In this document: positions 46,060-59,238 of the stretch, one piece after another
Layout: every line of letters begins with the position of its first letter
How positions within the stretch are numbered: the first letter of the stretch is position 1
Source: Podarcis erhardii
Lineage: Eukaryota
DNA: 64,000 bases
NCBI GenBank assembly: GCA_964252035.1
Contig: OZ176201.1
Reading direction: 5' to 3' (one strand)
Notes under the pieces: model-generated
The model's input: only the letters and a program-made list of their open reading frames with translations
Told to the model about the DNA's origin: nothing
Databases searched by the model: none
Translations under genes and position numbers: made by a program

Positions 46060-49000
46060 TTTTTATTTATACCCCGCCCTCCCCAGCCAAGGCCGGGCTC
46101 AGAGCGGCTTTATAGATGTGACACAAAAAGAAAAGAGTTGGGGAGGGGGCATTAAAAAAGAAACAAACCGCAAGCTTGGTTATTCATTCTTTTCACAGAT
46201 TTCAAATCTCAAGCTCATCACCAGTTGCCATTGACATAACTGATTATGGGGCTGGGACATGACAACAATCAAACCTCTATTAACCTCCCTAGGCAATTTT
46301 GTTCTGATATGCAACAGTGTTTTCCCTAAGCTTCAACCCCAAATCTATTATTTTAGATTGTTAAGCAATAATTTTGTCATGTTGTCAAAATTACATATTT
46401 TTTTTACCATTTTTAAAACAACTGGTGCCAAGTTGTTCTATTTCAAATATATCCATTAATAATCTGATTAGTATAGAGCTTTGGTTTTAATTGGAGAGAA
46501 GTAGTCATACAAGACTCTAATAACAAAGGGGCTTAAATTAGAATCCTATGAATGTATACTCAGAAGTAAGTTCAATTTAGTTCAATAGGGCTTGATCCCA
46601 GGTCAGTGTGTGTAGGAATGCATGGTAGGCCTCAACAAATCATAAAATTGGAAGGGACCCTGATGATCAAGTCTAACACCCTGCTGTGCAGGAATATGCA
46701 GCTGGATCATACCTGCAAGCTTGCTGTTGTCAGCACCACGCTTTAACAAACTGAATTTATCCACCTCCTGTAATCTGGTACCTACTGATCTGGGCAAAAA
46801 CCACACTGAACTTACTCCTGAGTAGACATACAGAGAGTGGAAGGCATGCACTCTCATAAGAAAGAGTCACTTTCATCAGCTGCAACACACATTTTTATCT
46901 TCATCTGTGGGTTTGCCCCACATTTCATTCTCATTTTCCAGTCCAGAGAAACTGAGCATTAAACCAATTTATATACAGGGATGCTAAAAGAAGCAAAGCC
47001 CATTGTAGCAAGTGCAAGTAGCATTTTTGTTTCTGTTTTCTCAAAGACACATCATGAGAATAGCTCCCCCCGCCTTTAATCTCAAATGCTAATTGTGACT
47101 TTTTAAAGTGTGTGGGGAGGGGAAAGGAATCAAAGAAAGCTGGAAAATGCACTGCACCATTTCATTGGAGGGGATTCTGCTATAAAGAAAACATACCACA
47201 GCCTGGCGGCACCTAGGTGGCAGCAGATGAAATGTCCTTAATTTGATTCTGAGACATGCCTGATGCCAAGACTCACTACAGCCGCAGTTCATTGTATAAT
47301 CTGTTTCCACATAATGTTGCCTTGCATTGAAAAGAGTTAGGCAAAATTATAATTCCCCTTATTATATTAATGGCTTTGGGGGCATACAATGAAGAGGAGG
47401 GAATCCCCCACCTCTACGAAGCATTTCAATGTATCCAGTGCTATCAGTGCCCTGCATTTTCCCAGTGAGCTTCCAAAATCCCTACAACGTCCCAGCTGCC
47501 AGGTTTTGTATTTGGTTCTTTGATTTAGATGAATAATGTTTAAAAGTTCATGGGGTGTGAAATGGCACAAAAGGAGGTTCAGTAGCATTAATGATATTTC
47601 GTCCCCAAGGGCAGTTCAATTTATGCTCATGAAACGTGGCCTCAAATGTTGCCGTCTTTGGCTGGTAATGTACGGCTGGGCTTTTCGTTAAAAACCTAAT
47701 TTGCTGCTTTGCTACACCTCCTTTTGAGAGGCCCTCATCAAAATGCAACGGGCTTACTGATACAAAAGGGCAAAGTCCAGTACCTTTGTTTTGTTGTTTA
47801 AGAGAACAGCCCAGTGCCTCTAATGCACTGCTTAGTGTTCGCTACGATTTGGAGACAGGAAAGATTAAACGGCATATTTTGGCTGTAAGACAGATGGAAA
47901 AGATAATTTAATTGGGCTGTGTGTCATTGAGCATGGGCACTGTCCTTGTCTCTTCTCTTTAGATCTATCAAAGGTTCCTGACAAGGGTGAGGGGAATGGA
48001 AGAAAGATGCTCAAGCCTTGGGCAGGGGGCAGCGGCTTCTTGCTTGGGGTCCTGAAGCTCACTTGGGATCAGCAAAATGGCTGCACAAGGCTAAAGAGGC
48101 AGCTAATCTTTCTACAGTCCTCTGTTAATATGGCTGCTGTTTTCATTGGGGGTGTTCAGATCACTTTGCCCATTTAACTATTTTTATTGTGTACTTTAAT
48201 GTTAGTAAGGTTTCTGAGGCTTCCTTTAAACAGAAAAGTTGGGTAGAAATAACAAAAAGAAGCTTACAGATACCAGCAGGCTTTTACAAGCAGTTAGGCC
48301 CTTTTACCTCAGGCTCAAACTACACATCATAGTGGATCGCTTTTGCTTCTAAAGCCATGTGCCCTCCAACATTTCTCCAATGAAAATAGTGACATCCCAT
48401 TCCATAATGATAATTTTACTATTTACACCCCACACATATTACTGGGTTGCCCCAGCTACTCTAGGTGGCTTCCAACATATATAAAAACATAACAAAACAT
48501 TAAACATTAAAAAATCTTCCCTATATAGGATTGCCTTCAGATGGCTTGGGGGTGCGGATGACTCAATGCCCTTCAACATTTCCCCAATGAAGGTGGGACA
48601 TTCCAGGTTCAAATCAGAAACCGGGACGGCTTCTCTAAATCAGGAACGTCCCTGAAAAATAGGGACACTTGGAGGACTGCATGTGTGCCCCAATTTGCAC
48701 ATGCAGCAGGGTGGGGGAGATCTGTTTTTTTAAATATTTGTTTAGCAAGTGTGCAGGTGATGGTAGAGTGCAAAAGCCTCTTGTAGCACCATGGCTTACC
48801 TTCCCTTAGTCTGTCACCTCCAGTGCTGCTTACTGAAAGGGAGAAGCAACACAGTGGGCAGGTCAGTGTGGCATAGATGCACAACTATTTTGTTGACACA
48901 TATAAATATATTGCTCAGATTGTGGAATTTTAAAACTGGCTTCCTAGCCTGTGGAGCCATGATTTCCTAAGGCTGAACTGTAACATCACATGTTGTTTGT

Positions 49001-49849
49001 TTGTTTTGAGCACAGCATTTCAGAGCACCATGTATACCCAAAGGCAGATGTGTTCCAAAGAGCACTGGGGACCTGTACAATCATAGGTGAATCCACCACA
49101 AGCTGCCTTTGTTGATACAGATGCACACAAAGATGCAGGTGTAGAGATGGAGCAGCACGCGGAGATGCTGCCAAGGAAATCTGAAAACTCCTGATTATCA
49201 CTAGCCAAAATGCAGATGCTAGCAATGACTGACAAGGCCAGCACACCGTGTCTCAGTGTTCAGACACAAAGTGATCTGAATAACCATGAAAGAATGATGA
49301 ACACTGCACTGGCATTGCTCAATATTGATGGCTCTGGCAAGGAGCTACACATTGCCTGTGTGCCAAACATCAGACAAGACAATGCTACGTGTTTTCCTGC
49401 AGCCAAGAAGAGAAACAGAGTGGTGATGGTGGGGAGTGGGGTGGGGGTGGGACTCTCAAGCTAAAATAAAAGGTGCTTGCTGCATGACATGGTGGATAAT
49501 AGTCATCAGGGCACATTAAGTGTGTCTGTACCAAATGTGTCTCTGTCTTTTGTACCTTAACAATGTGTACCCTCATCCAGGGACGATCCTATGATGAGGC
49601 AGTTGCTGAGGTTTGAGGAGGACACTAGTCTTCTGCCCTCAGGTGCAGTGGAAGATACAGTCCTTTCTCCAATATTGGGGCAAGATTCAACTATCAGTCA
49701 AACACACTTCTGTTTGTGCCTTGGGGAAAGGCTCCATCTTGCTCTTCACCCCAGGCAGCAAAATGTCTTGAGGTGGTCTCACCCTCATCAGTGAGGGCCT
49801 GCTTATTTTATACACAAATATTGAAGCTGCATTGTCTTATCTGCCTGTG

Positions 49850-50042
49850 TGCTGTAGTAGTTAGAGTGGTGGACCAGAATGAGGGAGTTCAAGGCTCAAA
49901 TCCCTACCAAGCCACAAATTCACAAGGTGACCTTGGGCCAGTCACCATTTCTTGGCCAAACATACTTCACAGGATTGTTGTGAGGTGAAAATAGAGACCT
50001 ATGAATGCTACCTTGAGGTCCTTGGTGAAAGGTGAGATATAC
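49850..50042 (+). mobile_element. Squam3/MIR-like SINE
   Basis: GTAGTAGTTAGAGTGGTGGAC...GTTCAAGGCTCAAATCCC...GTGACCTTGGGCCAGTCAC. Confidence 0.7.
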
Positions 50043-52513
50043 ACATAGATGTTGCATTGAATCTATAATATTTCTGATATAACCCATGCAGATGGGTCAC
50101 AGGTTCAATCCTTGGCAGCTCCAGGTAGCATGGGGAGAGACACTAGTCTGAAATTTTAGAGAGTTCAGTCAGTTCAGACAATTCTGAGGTAAATAAAAAA
50201 ATCCATTCCACCAGCACAAAGCAGTGTACATAACCATACACAGGTGTTGTTATAAATGGGAAATCCAACGTGCGAGGTGGGTGTGAGGACATGCTCTACC
50301 TCCTCAACCCCATTGCCCTCTATGTATTCAAGCCTACTGTACTCATGGAGGTTTCTGCAAACTGTAGAACCCTCAAAAATCAGGGTTGTACACCACCCAA
50401 GGAGCCTATATCAGCAGAAGCAGACTTCAGAAAGTTGCCTTTAAACTTGCCAAGGGTCATGGGGAGTGAGTAGGGCTATAATAGAATATTAGCTAGTCTA
50501 TTCATTAGAACCAAGGGAGGGAACATGTAGCTATCCAGCTTTTGCTGAAGAACAACTCCCATCATCCCTTTGGTAATTCTTTCTGAGGCTGATGGGAGTT
50601 CCACTCTCTTTCTTCCATCACCTTTTACTCTCTCCTTTTCTGCCACCCCCTTCTCTCCCTTTCCCCACATTTCTTCCTCTTTTCTACTCACATAAAATTA
50701 ATCCGAGGGTCAAAGGTTTCTTGCCCCATCTCTTTTTTGTTTTTGTTTTTGTTTTGTTTTTTTGGTAGCTCTAAGATATAATTTCTGTTCGTGAAGGTTT
50801 TCTTCAACTAAAGCAAGTTAAAAGAAGATATCAGCAGATCATCTCAGATAACTGTGTCAATTATCTGGCCATATTCATCTGCACCTAGGCTGCAACACTC
50901 AGCATCTAAACTTTCCTTTTGCCTTTTCAACCTAGTCAAATTATACTAGCGTGAGCTTTACATGTCTAATGAAGTACAGCTCAAGAGATTAGGAACAAAG
51001 CATTTCTGTAGAACTAACATGCACTTCAGCAATGTGAGTGCAGGGACTGTTGCTTATCCACAAATAGGTTCTGTCAGTTTTGGCTTTTATCTTGGATGTT
51101 CCTGAAGGAATCTGGATTAGCATAATGAGGATGTTCATGAACCATCTCATTATAATTTTAGAATTTTTCGGCACTGAAATAATATACTCTGTTTTCAAGT
51201 TCCGCTGCTTATGAATTTTATCTTTGGAAATATTTTTGTTACAAACGGGACTTGCAGTAATTCTCCTGTGTGTCTGTTTATATACCCCTACAATCTGGGG
51301 TGGTTAAAAAAAAGACACATTGATGAATCCCTGAGCATCATTAGAATGTCATTCAAAGCACCAGACATCTGAATCTGCCTTTATCAGCTCTAATAGGGTC
51401 CCCCCCACCTCTAATGGGATACATCTAAAGGGATGAATATTGCACAGCACTGCATTCCAGGTAATTGCAAATAATTCCAGATTAACCCAGGCTCACCCAA
51501 ATAAATAGTCTACTGGGTTTGATAATGCAGTTAACTAGTTGCCAAGCTCTACAATGAGTAAAACCAGAAGGATCAAATTGCAATTATTGGTGGGTGTAGC
51601 CAGCCCTTTCAATGGATGATAACCTCAAGCTCAATGTAAGAGTGGGGAATATTCCCCTGCCAAAGTATGCTTAGATTCCACGGAGCCCTTCCAAAGAGAA
51701 TGGGAAGGGCCTTTGCATGTGCACAAGGGAGGACTTGCACTTTTCCTGTCTAGAGCTACACACAGTTGCCACACATTGGTGGCTTCCTTTGAGAGTCCCT
51801 AGGACAGGTCTATTCTTTTAGCTTTCAGAAATGCTAGTGAAATGCCACTCCTGTGTTGAGAGGCAGTATGTCACTGACTAGATATAGGATGCTAAGAGCT
51901 ACAGCAAGATGGCCCTCACCATCATGTCTTGCTTTCGAGTTCCTGGCTGCTACTGGAAATAGGAAGCTGTGTGAAACAGCCCTTATGTTCTTATGATGCA
52001 AGGTGCTGTCAATAAGCTACTTTCTTATGTGTTGCTGTTTTTCTTCCTGTGGGTTTTTTTTTTTGTAACCCATTTTGTGATCCCCCCCCCCTATTTTTAA
52101 GGCTCATTGGTTTCAACATTAGAGTTGAACATGTCCTCCACCTGCTCCCCCACCTCAAAATGTAAATCAGGCGAACGTAAAAGCATTTAGAAGTTTGGCT
52201 AAATTGTGGCCCATTGTTTTCAGTAACATCCAGCTGAGTATATACCTCAGACTCTCAGTGCCCTGCCAACAACAACAAAACCATTTGAACAGTGTTCAGC
52301 TGGCAATCCTATGGCTTGGTTGAGCCATATTATATATAGGGGGGAAAGCCATTAATCACAGAAACTTTCCCTCACCCACAGAACAGGCAAATATTAGGTG
52401 CAGATTATTTGTGTCTGCCTCACCCCTAAGGGCAAGAGTGTTGAACTTCAGGCCAGAGCGCTGTGAGGTTCTCCAAGCCTCTCTACATCTATTACTTATT
52501 ATTTAAACGTGTA

Positions 52514-53100
52514 TGTCACAGAGTGAGCTAGCAGTAAATCTCCCACAGTTCAAAGATGGAGTTAACTCTTTATTAGCAAAAACAGGATCTTCACAGACTT
52601 GGCTGAGTGTCAGGCCAAATGAGTACAGCAGCTCATCCCTGTTAGGTCTCAACCCATGAATCAGCTGCGGAGACTGCATGTCCCCACTTCCCCACAGCTG
52701 TCTAAGCCACCCCCCTCCCCAGGCTTTTCCCAAGCCATCAGAGACTGCACCTGCATGCAGTCTGTTGTTGTCTTCCTGTTTCAGCCCTCTTCTGGTTCTG
52801 GGAGACAGAGGGGGAGGGGAATTTGTCACATTAGTAGTGGTAGACACCTGTGACTCCTCACCAGCCTGCCTCATCTCTGCCTCTTGACTTTGCTCCTGCC
52901 ACTCGATCTGCTTTGGCTTCGGCTTCGGCTTCTGCTTCTGCTTCTGCTTCTGGACTTCCCCCGGCACTCTCCCAGCTCACTAAGCCCTGTTATCTCTTCA
53001 GCTTCCACCTGCTGTTCCCAGTCTCCTCCCTCTTCCCACTCATCGTTGTCCCACCACCAGTCCCCAGGCTCTGAGTCGTCTTTCCATGGGGGTTCTCACA
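52514..53100 (-). mobile_element. Probable solo LTR with an internal (GCTTCG/GCTTCT)n array
   Basis: Minus strand TGTGAG...GTGACA termini; AATAAA 52574-52569 near the 3' end; no clean TSD. Confidence 0.55.
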
Positions 53101-54152
53101 GCTGCTTCCTCTCACCATTCCTCTGCATCCAACCAGTCCACGATAGTGTAGAAACGGTACTTTCATAGAAAATATGGCCCTTGGGACTCTCACCCCACCT
53201 TCTCCCCCCAACACTCCCCTTCTCCCCACGTCTCACTGGTCCTGATTCACACCCTCCTTTCTGCTGGCGGAAATGTGTCCTTCAACTCCAATAATGCCCC
53301 ATTAGTCCCTGGATGCAGGATAGAGACAAGAATGTGAGTATGTGTAGAAACTAGCTTACATTACAGTGGTGAAATATACATCTATTGCTCCACCCACTTT
53401 TGCATGTGGTCCCGCCACTGGCATGTGCTCCTAGAAGGTTGCTCAGGAGGGAATGTGTCTATCAGGATGATGAAGGTTCCGCAACCCTGCTATAGGAGAA
53501 GGGCCACAGCTCAGCCCTAGAACACACACTTTCCATGCAGAGGGTGTCTAGTGTCTCCAGGCTGGGCTGGGAAAGACTTGCTTGAAAGCTCGGAGATCCG
53601 TGTTGACAATACTAAAACATAAGAGTGTGCTGGATCAGGCCAATGGCCCATCTAGTTTACATGGCCAACCAGATGCCCATGGGAACACCACAAACAGGAT
53701 CTGAGTGCAACAACTCTCTCTTTTACTACAGGTTCCAGCAACTGGTGATACTCTCAGCTAAATGGACTAATGGTCTGATTTCGTATAAGGCAGCCTCGTG
53801 TGTTCCTACCGTGTACTTTTCTCCCTGCTTCCTTTTCACAATTGTGAAATATCTCTTGCCAGCATAAATTTACTATGTCATCTCTTTTGAAGGTCTTATT
53901 AAATTCCCCTTCAAACTCAACTGGACCAGAACACTTGTTCAAAATAGTTTTAATGATGGCTACAACTTCTACAGCTGCAGCAGTTAGTCTCGTTGAATAC
54001 TAATAGGCAACACCCTCCCCCATGTTGTTCAGTTCTTCCCAGGAAGGGTTGCAATAAACTTGGTCATTAGACCATATGGCCTCAAAACAGGACCCCTAAT
54101 CAAATTTCTGATTCAAGGACTTAAATATTTGTATGGCTTTTTGGCTCTAGAG

Positions 54153-54287
54153 CAGGTTTCCTCAAACTCGGCCTCCAGATGTTTTGAGACTACAATTCCC
54201 ATCATCCCTGACCACTGGTCCTGCTAGCTAGGGATCATGGGAGTTGTAGGCCAAAAACATCTGGAGGTCTGAGTTTGAGGATGTCTG
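54153..54287. mobile_element. Charlie/Buster-type hAT MITE (inverted sister of 20714)
   Basis: TSD CTCTAGAG (54145-54152, 54288-54295); CAGGTTTCCTCAAAC and GTTTGAGGATGTCTG termini. Confidence 0.88.
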
Positions 54288-54404
54288 CTCTAGAGAAAGA
54301 GTCGTCTGATCTGTATACTGGGCATGCACACACAACTAATAGAAAGAGCTTAAACTGGAGTGGGTTTTCCAGAAGGAAAGTTCAGTTCTGTTTTCACAGG
54401 GATG

Positions 54405-54700
54405 CTTGTCATCCATCCATCTCAGGAGACAATGGAGGAGCACGCCTTTGGGGTTGAAGTCCAATTGTTGGAAGGTTATAGCGCCTGCTGTGGCTGTAGA
54501 GACCAATACAGGGGACCCATGTTTTGTTGCAGATGCACCAAGGTGTTTCTTTTCTCTGTGCTCCTCCCAGTGGTCACTCCTCCTCTGGTCACTGCTATGG
54601 ATATATGACCTGCCTGTCTCCAGGCACTGCGGTTGTCTGCAAGGGATTCCCACATGGTGCGGTTGATGTTGCCAGCCTTGATGTCACATTTGAAGACATA
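54405..54700 (-). mobile_element. RTE-clade LINE (non-Bov-B) 3' fragment, degraded
   Basis: Minus strand resembles ...DIKAGNINRTMWESLADNRSAWRQ... and ...IGLYSHSRR., followed by the CTCCATTGTCTC 3' UTR. Confidence 0.7.
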
Positions 54701-55170
54701 ACACAGAGTCGGTCATAACACAGAGTAAAGCACATCCTCGAGGATTACAGGGATAATTAGTGACAATAACACTAATAACAAACATTGTAGCTTTAAGACT
54801 CCTTTTTTTGTATAAAGCAATATACAAGCCTAATAAATCAAATCAAAATGAAACAAAACAGATGCTTTACCACTTAGCTATGGCTTTACCCATTTTTTAC
54901 AACTAAGATGCTACAGGTATGATCCAGGCAGGTCCGGTGCAATCATTAGGCCAGTATATAAATTGAATTCATCATCATCATCATCATCATCATCATTGTC
55001 ATGTTTTTGAAAATTGAAGTTAGAAATTTTGGGGTAGCGTGCAAGCAGCTAGCTTTGCCCAGGGCATAAAACAGCCTTGGCTTGACTGTAAAATAACCTG
55101 GCACCGACACTGGATCCAGATAAATGTGAAGGTCTGTAGCTCAGTAGCAGAGCATTTTCTCTGGATGCGG

Positions 55171-55419
55171 AAGAAGAAGAAGAGTTTGGATTTGATATCC
55201 TGCTTTATCACTACCCTAAGGGGGTCTCAAAGCGGCTAACATTCTCCTTTTCCCTTCCTCCCCCACAACAAACACTCTGTGAGGTGAGTGGGGCTGAGAG
55301 ACTTCAGAGAAGTGTGACTAGCCCAAGGTCACCCAGCAGCTGCATGTGGAGGAGCGGAGATGCGAACCCAGTTCACCAGATTACGAGACTACCGCTCTTA
55401 ACCACTACACCACACTGGC
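55171..55419 (-). mobile_element. Squam3-type tRNA SINE, near full length
   Basis: Minus-strand head GCCAGTGTGGTGTAGTGGTTAAGAGCGG; (TTC)n tail. Confidence 0.8.
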
Positions 55420-55479
55420 AGGTTCTAGGCTGAATCATCAGCTTCTTCAAGCAGGGCTGGATAAGATTCCCTCTATAAA

Positions 55480-56219
55480 ATGTGCGTGTGTGTGATTTTT
55501 ATTTGATTTTAAAGATATAAATTTATAACAAACTCAAATACATATCCATATAAAGAGATTTCTCTGAATCGCAAAACTTCCCCACAACCCCTCCATGGGT
55601 CCTAATGTCAACATTTTCAACTGCATATTACAGTATATCATAATCTATATTTTATATCCATATTGTCCATAGTATTTGTTACATTACAAGTTAGAATCCT
55701 GCTAATGTTTTCATCTGCTTGGAATGGTCTCCTAAGTAAATTATAATTTTTTCCCATTCTTTCTTGAAGCTTTTGTCTTCTTGGTCCCTGAGCTTTCTGG
55801 TCAGTTTTGCCATTTCGGCGTAGTCTAACAGCTTGGATTACCATTCCTCTCTGGTAGGGATTCTTTCTTCTTTCCATCTCTGGGCTAGTAGCACCTGTGC
55901 TGCTGTTGTCACATACATAAAGAGTCCTTTCTGTTCCTTTGGGATGTCTGTACCTATAATTCCCAATAAGAAGGCTTCTGGTTTTTTAACAAAAGCTATT
56001 TTAAACATTTTTTTTTCAGTTCATTATATGTCATTTCCCAGAAAGCTTTTATTACTTTACATGACCACCACATATGATAAAAGGTACCTTCTTTTTCTTT
56101 ACATTTCCAGCAGGTATTTGTACTTGTTCCATACATTTTGTTTGCTAGCTAGGAGTCAAATACCACCAGTACATCATTTTCATATAATTCTCTTTTAGCG
56201 TACAACATGCTGTAAATTT
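55480..56219 (-). mobile_element. 5'-truncated L1/Tx1-clade LINE, decayed
   Basis: Minus strand KFTACCTLKENYMKM...CWKCKEKEGTFYHMWWSC with stops and frameshifts; 16-bp direct repeat AGATTCCCTCTATAAA (55464-55479, 56220-56235). Confidence 0.85.
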
Positions 56220-57489
56220 AGATTCCCTCTATAAATTGTTGTGGTGATTCAGAGGTTTAATCTGAATTCAAGCTGGATTTGAGTTTGTTGGTGTTGCTGT
56301 TAACTTCTCTCTGTCTTACATCATGGATGTTGGCTTAAGGACAAGATTTCTACCTGCAGAGCCACTGCCAGTCAGCTTAGACAATACTGAGCTAGATCGA
56401 CCAGTGGTCTGACTCAGTATGAGGCACCGTCTTATATTCTTTTGAAGTACCTTCATTCATCTGATTTCAATGGGAGGGATGAGTATAGGCTTTACAGTGT
56501 GTTTCTTGTTGAAATGAAGGTGCTTAATTTTGGATAGATCATATCCTTTCTCCCCTTTTAATATATATCCCATTAATTATCGTGTACTTTATTATATAGC
56601 TATATATCTGTTTATTGTAATTCAAAATAAAGGCTAAGCAGTGAAATCCCTAGCAAGCAGCATCAAAATCAGTTAGAAAATTAGGATCTATTACGCAAGT
56701 AATATATTTTGATGAATGTATAATTAATTTCAATTGCATAAAAGGCATTTTCCTCATTTGGATTATTAACTTTCTCCTGTTACCCTATAATACAAGAAGA
56801 CACTTTTTTTTACTCTCCCCCCCCCCCACATAGCTTTTATATTACATATTTGCAATAATCATTTACCTTTGTGTGTTTTTGTGTGTAAGAGATAATTGAT
56901 TTCAAAATTGCCAAATTAAAATATTCAGGTTATGTTAAATTAGACATCTGTGATACAGCCTAATGTGACTTGATGCAAATTTGAAAGAAGCAGGATTTTT
57001 TTTTTCTGCTTTAGAGGAAGAATAATTAGCCAAATCATGAGGAAAAGTATTCAGTTGTGTGAAAGGCACAAGTTGCAAATCTCAAACCCGTAGCCTTCTG
57101 ATTGCTTAAGTTGTGATCCTGAGACAAGGAAATAAAGCAGATATCAGTGTGTAAGTAGGAAACGTGGAAAGACCCTGCTGGAAAAGGACAGTGGGCAACC
57201 TAGTCCAGCATCCTTTTCTCACAGTTGCCAGTTGCCCGTGGGAAACCACAAAAGCACTCTCCCCTTCTGTGGTTTCCAGCAACTGCACAACAAGCGGAAC
57301 TCAATCATTCCTTCCGTCTCCAGCAGTCAGGTGTTGAGTGCTGTTATGTACTAAGCTTGGATCCTAGAACAATAGGTAAGTCGGATCCTAGAATGCAACA
57401 ACTGATTGGCTTGCAGGTAAAGACCAATCAGGCTCCAGGAGGGAAGCAGAATCAGCCAGTCAGACAGGACTCATTGTGTAAATAATGTA

Positions 57490-57731
57490 CAGTGGTACCT
57501 CGGGTGACATATGCTTCAGGTTACATACGCTTCAGGTTACACACTCCGCTAACCCAGAAATAGTGCTTCAAGTTAAGAACTTTGCTTCAGGATAAGAACA
57601 GAAATTGGGCTCTGGCGGTGCGGCGGCAACAGGAGGCCCCATTAGCTAAAGTGGTGCTTCAGGTTAAGAACAGTTTCAGGTTAAGTACGGACCTCCGGAA
57701 TGAATTAAGTACTTAACCCGAGGTACCACTG
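57490..57731. mobile_element. Tigger/pogo-type MITE (inverted sister of 36874)
   Basis: TIR CAGTGGTACCTC; TA TSDs (57488-57489, 57732-57733). Confidence 0.92.
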
Positions 57732-58292
57732 TATATAAAAGCCTGGGGTTTGGGGGGCAATTCAATCACTGTTTTACAAGCTGCAATAAAGAGCATGAAA
57801 TCACTACAGGACTCTGAGTATATTTCAAGTGCCATTGCTTATGAAGCCAAAGCAGCATCAATCATACAGAAGACGGAAGTATCACCAGGTTTGGGGAAAG
57901 TTTTACTCACCCAGTGACAAAAAACCCCCCAAAACACTTTAGGAGTGGAGACCCTAAGGGGAGAAAAACAAACAAGTCACCCAGTAAAGACTGGGTATGC
58001 TCAGTGGCCATGGAAATGGTGACTGTTATGGGAGATGGGAAACTGGTGGAAAAGGGGAAGCTGAATATAGCGGCTGAAATCCTGAAAAGCAGCACTCCAC
58101 ATGGCAATGTTTTGTTGGAAGTCCCACTTGCATGTTTGATCCACATGAGCAAGGCAAGATGTTCATAACTGAACAGAAGCTATGGAGATGTCCTGATGGT
58201 TGACATGCTTCTCCTGCCAAGCTTTTAAAGATAAGGCAGGGTGAGCTCACTCGCAATTCTTTCTCACCCTACAGGTCTTCACACATGTGCTC

Positions 58293-58628
58293 TGTCATGG
58301 CAGGGGTGTCTGGTCCCACCTCCTAAGGAGGTTCCTAGTTCTTGGCGACGGGATTGTGTCCTGCCTCTCTGTCTCCAGCTCCACTGCCACCTTCTTGTGG
58401 TCAAAGTCCCCTCCCTGATGAGGCTTTGAGCTCCACAGGAAGTGTGCTGAGAGATCTGACAGATTGGCTTCCCCCTCTCTGACATCTAGAGTCATAAAGG
58501 GAGGACCTCCAACCCTGGGTGCCAGCCTTCCATTCTCCATTGCTCTTCCTCCTCCCTCCTCCTCCTCCTCCTCCCTCTGGAGCTGCCAAACAATGTCATA
58601 TCCTGATGGAAGTGAGAGGCCCATGACG
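58293..58628 (-). mobile_element. Possible short solo LTR
   Basis: Inverted termini TGTCATGG...CCATGACG; composition like the 52.5-kb element; no TSD or poly(A) signal seen. Confidence 0.35.
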
Positions 58629-58735
58629 ATGCTGCCTGTGGCTGATGGGAGCTGGAGTTCAACAGGCTAGATTATTTATTTATTTCAATAAATTATTTAG
58701 GGCAAGTCCTTATGAGATTATATGTGTATGTATAA

Positions 58736-59238
58736 AGACAGCATCTTAAAAAGCAGAGACATCACCTTGCCGACAAAGGTCCGTATAGTTAAAGCTATGG
58801 TTTTCCCAGTAGTGATGTATGGAAGTGAGAGCTGGACCATCAAGAAGGCTGATTGCCGAAGAATTGATGCTTTTGAGTTATGGTGCTGAAGGAGACTCTT
58901 GAGAGTCCCATGGACTGCAAGAAGATCAAACCTTTCCATTCTGAAGGAAATCAGTCCTGAGTGCTCACTGGAAGGACAGATCGTGAAGCTGAGGCTCCAA
59001 TACTTTGGCCACCTCATGAGAAGAGAAGACTCCCTGGAAAAGACCCTGACGTTGAGAAAGATGGAGGGCACAAGGAGAAGGGGACGACAGAGGACGAGAT
59101 GGTTGGACAGTGTTCTTGAAGCTACCAGCATGAGTTTGACCAAACTGCGGGAGGCAGTGGAAGACAGGAGTGCCTGGCGTGCTCTGGTCCATGGGGTCAC
59201 GAAGAGTCGGACATGACGAAATGACTAAACAACAACAA
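58736..59238 (+). mobile_element. Bov-B (RTE) LINE, 5'-truncated 3' end
   Basis: DSILKSRDITLPTKVRIVKAMVFPVVMYGSESWTIKK...LRLQYFGHLMRR...LVHGVTKSRT; one nonsense TGA at 58887-58889; (CAA)n tail. Confidence 0.95.

Noticed and set aside
49431-49451. G-quadruplex motif GGGGAGTGGGGTGGGGGTGGG
   Set aside because: Real motif, but common in vertebrate DNA and without functional context on its own
52503-53229. ORFs with QKQKQKPKPK or ASASAS repeats
   Set aside because: Hexamer microsatellite inside a probable LTR
55132-55170. tRNA-like sequence GGTCTGTAGCTCAGTAGCAGAGC (and similar heads near 50080, 53500)
   Set aside because: Truncated SINE heads with no complete cloverleaf; not tRNA genes
58718-59200. 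160-aa minus-strand ORF
   Set aside because: Antisense frame of Bov-B
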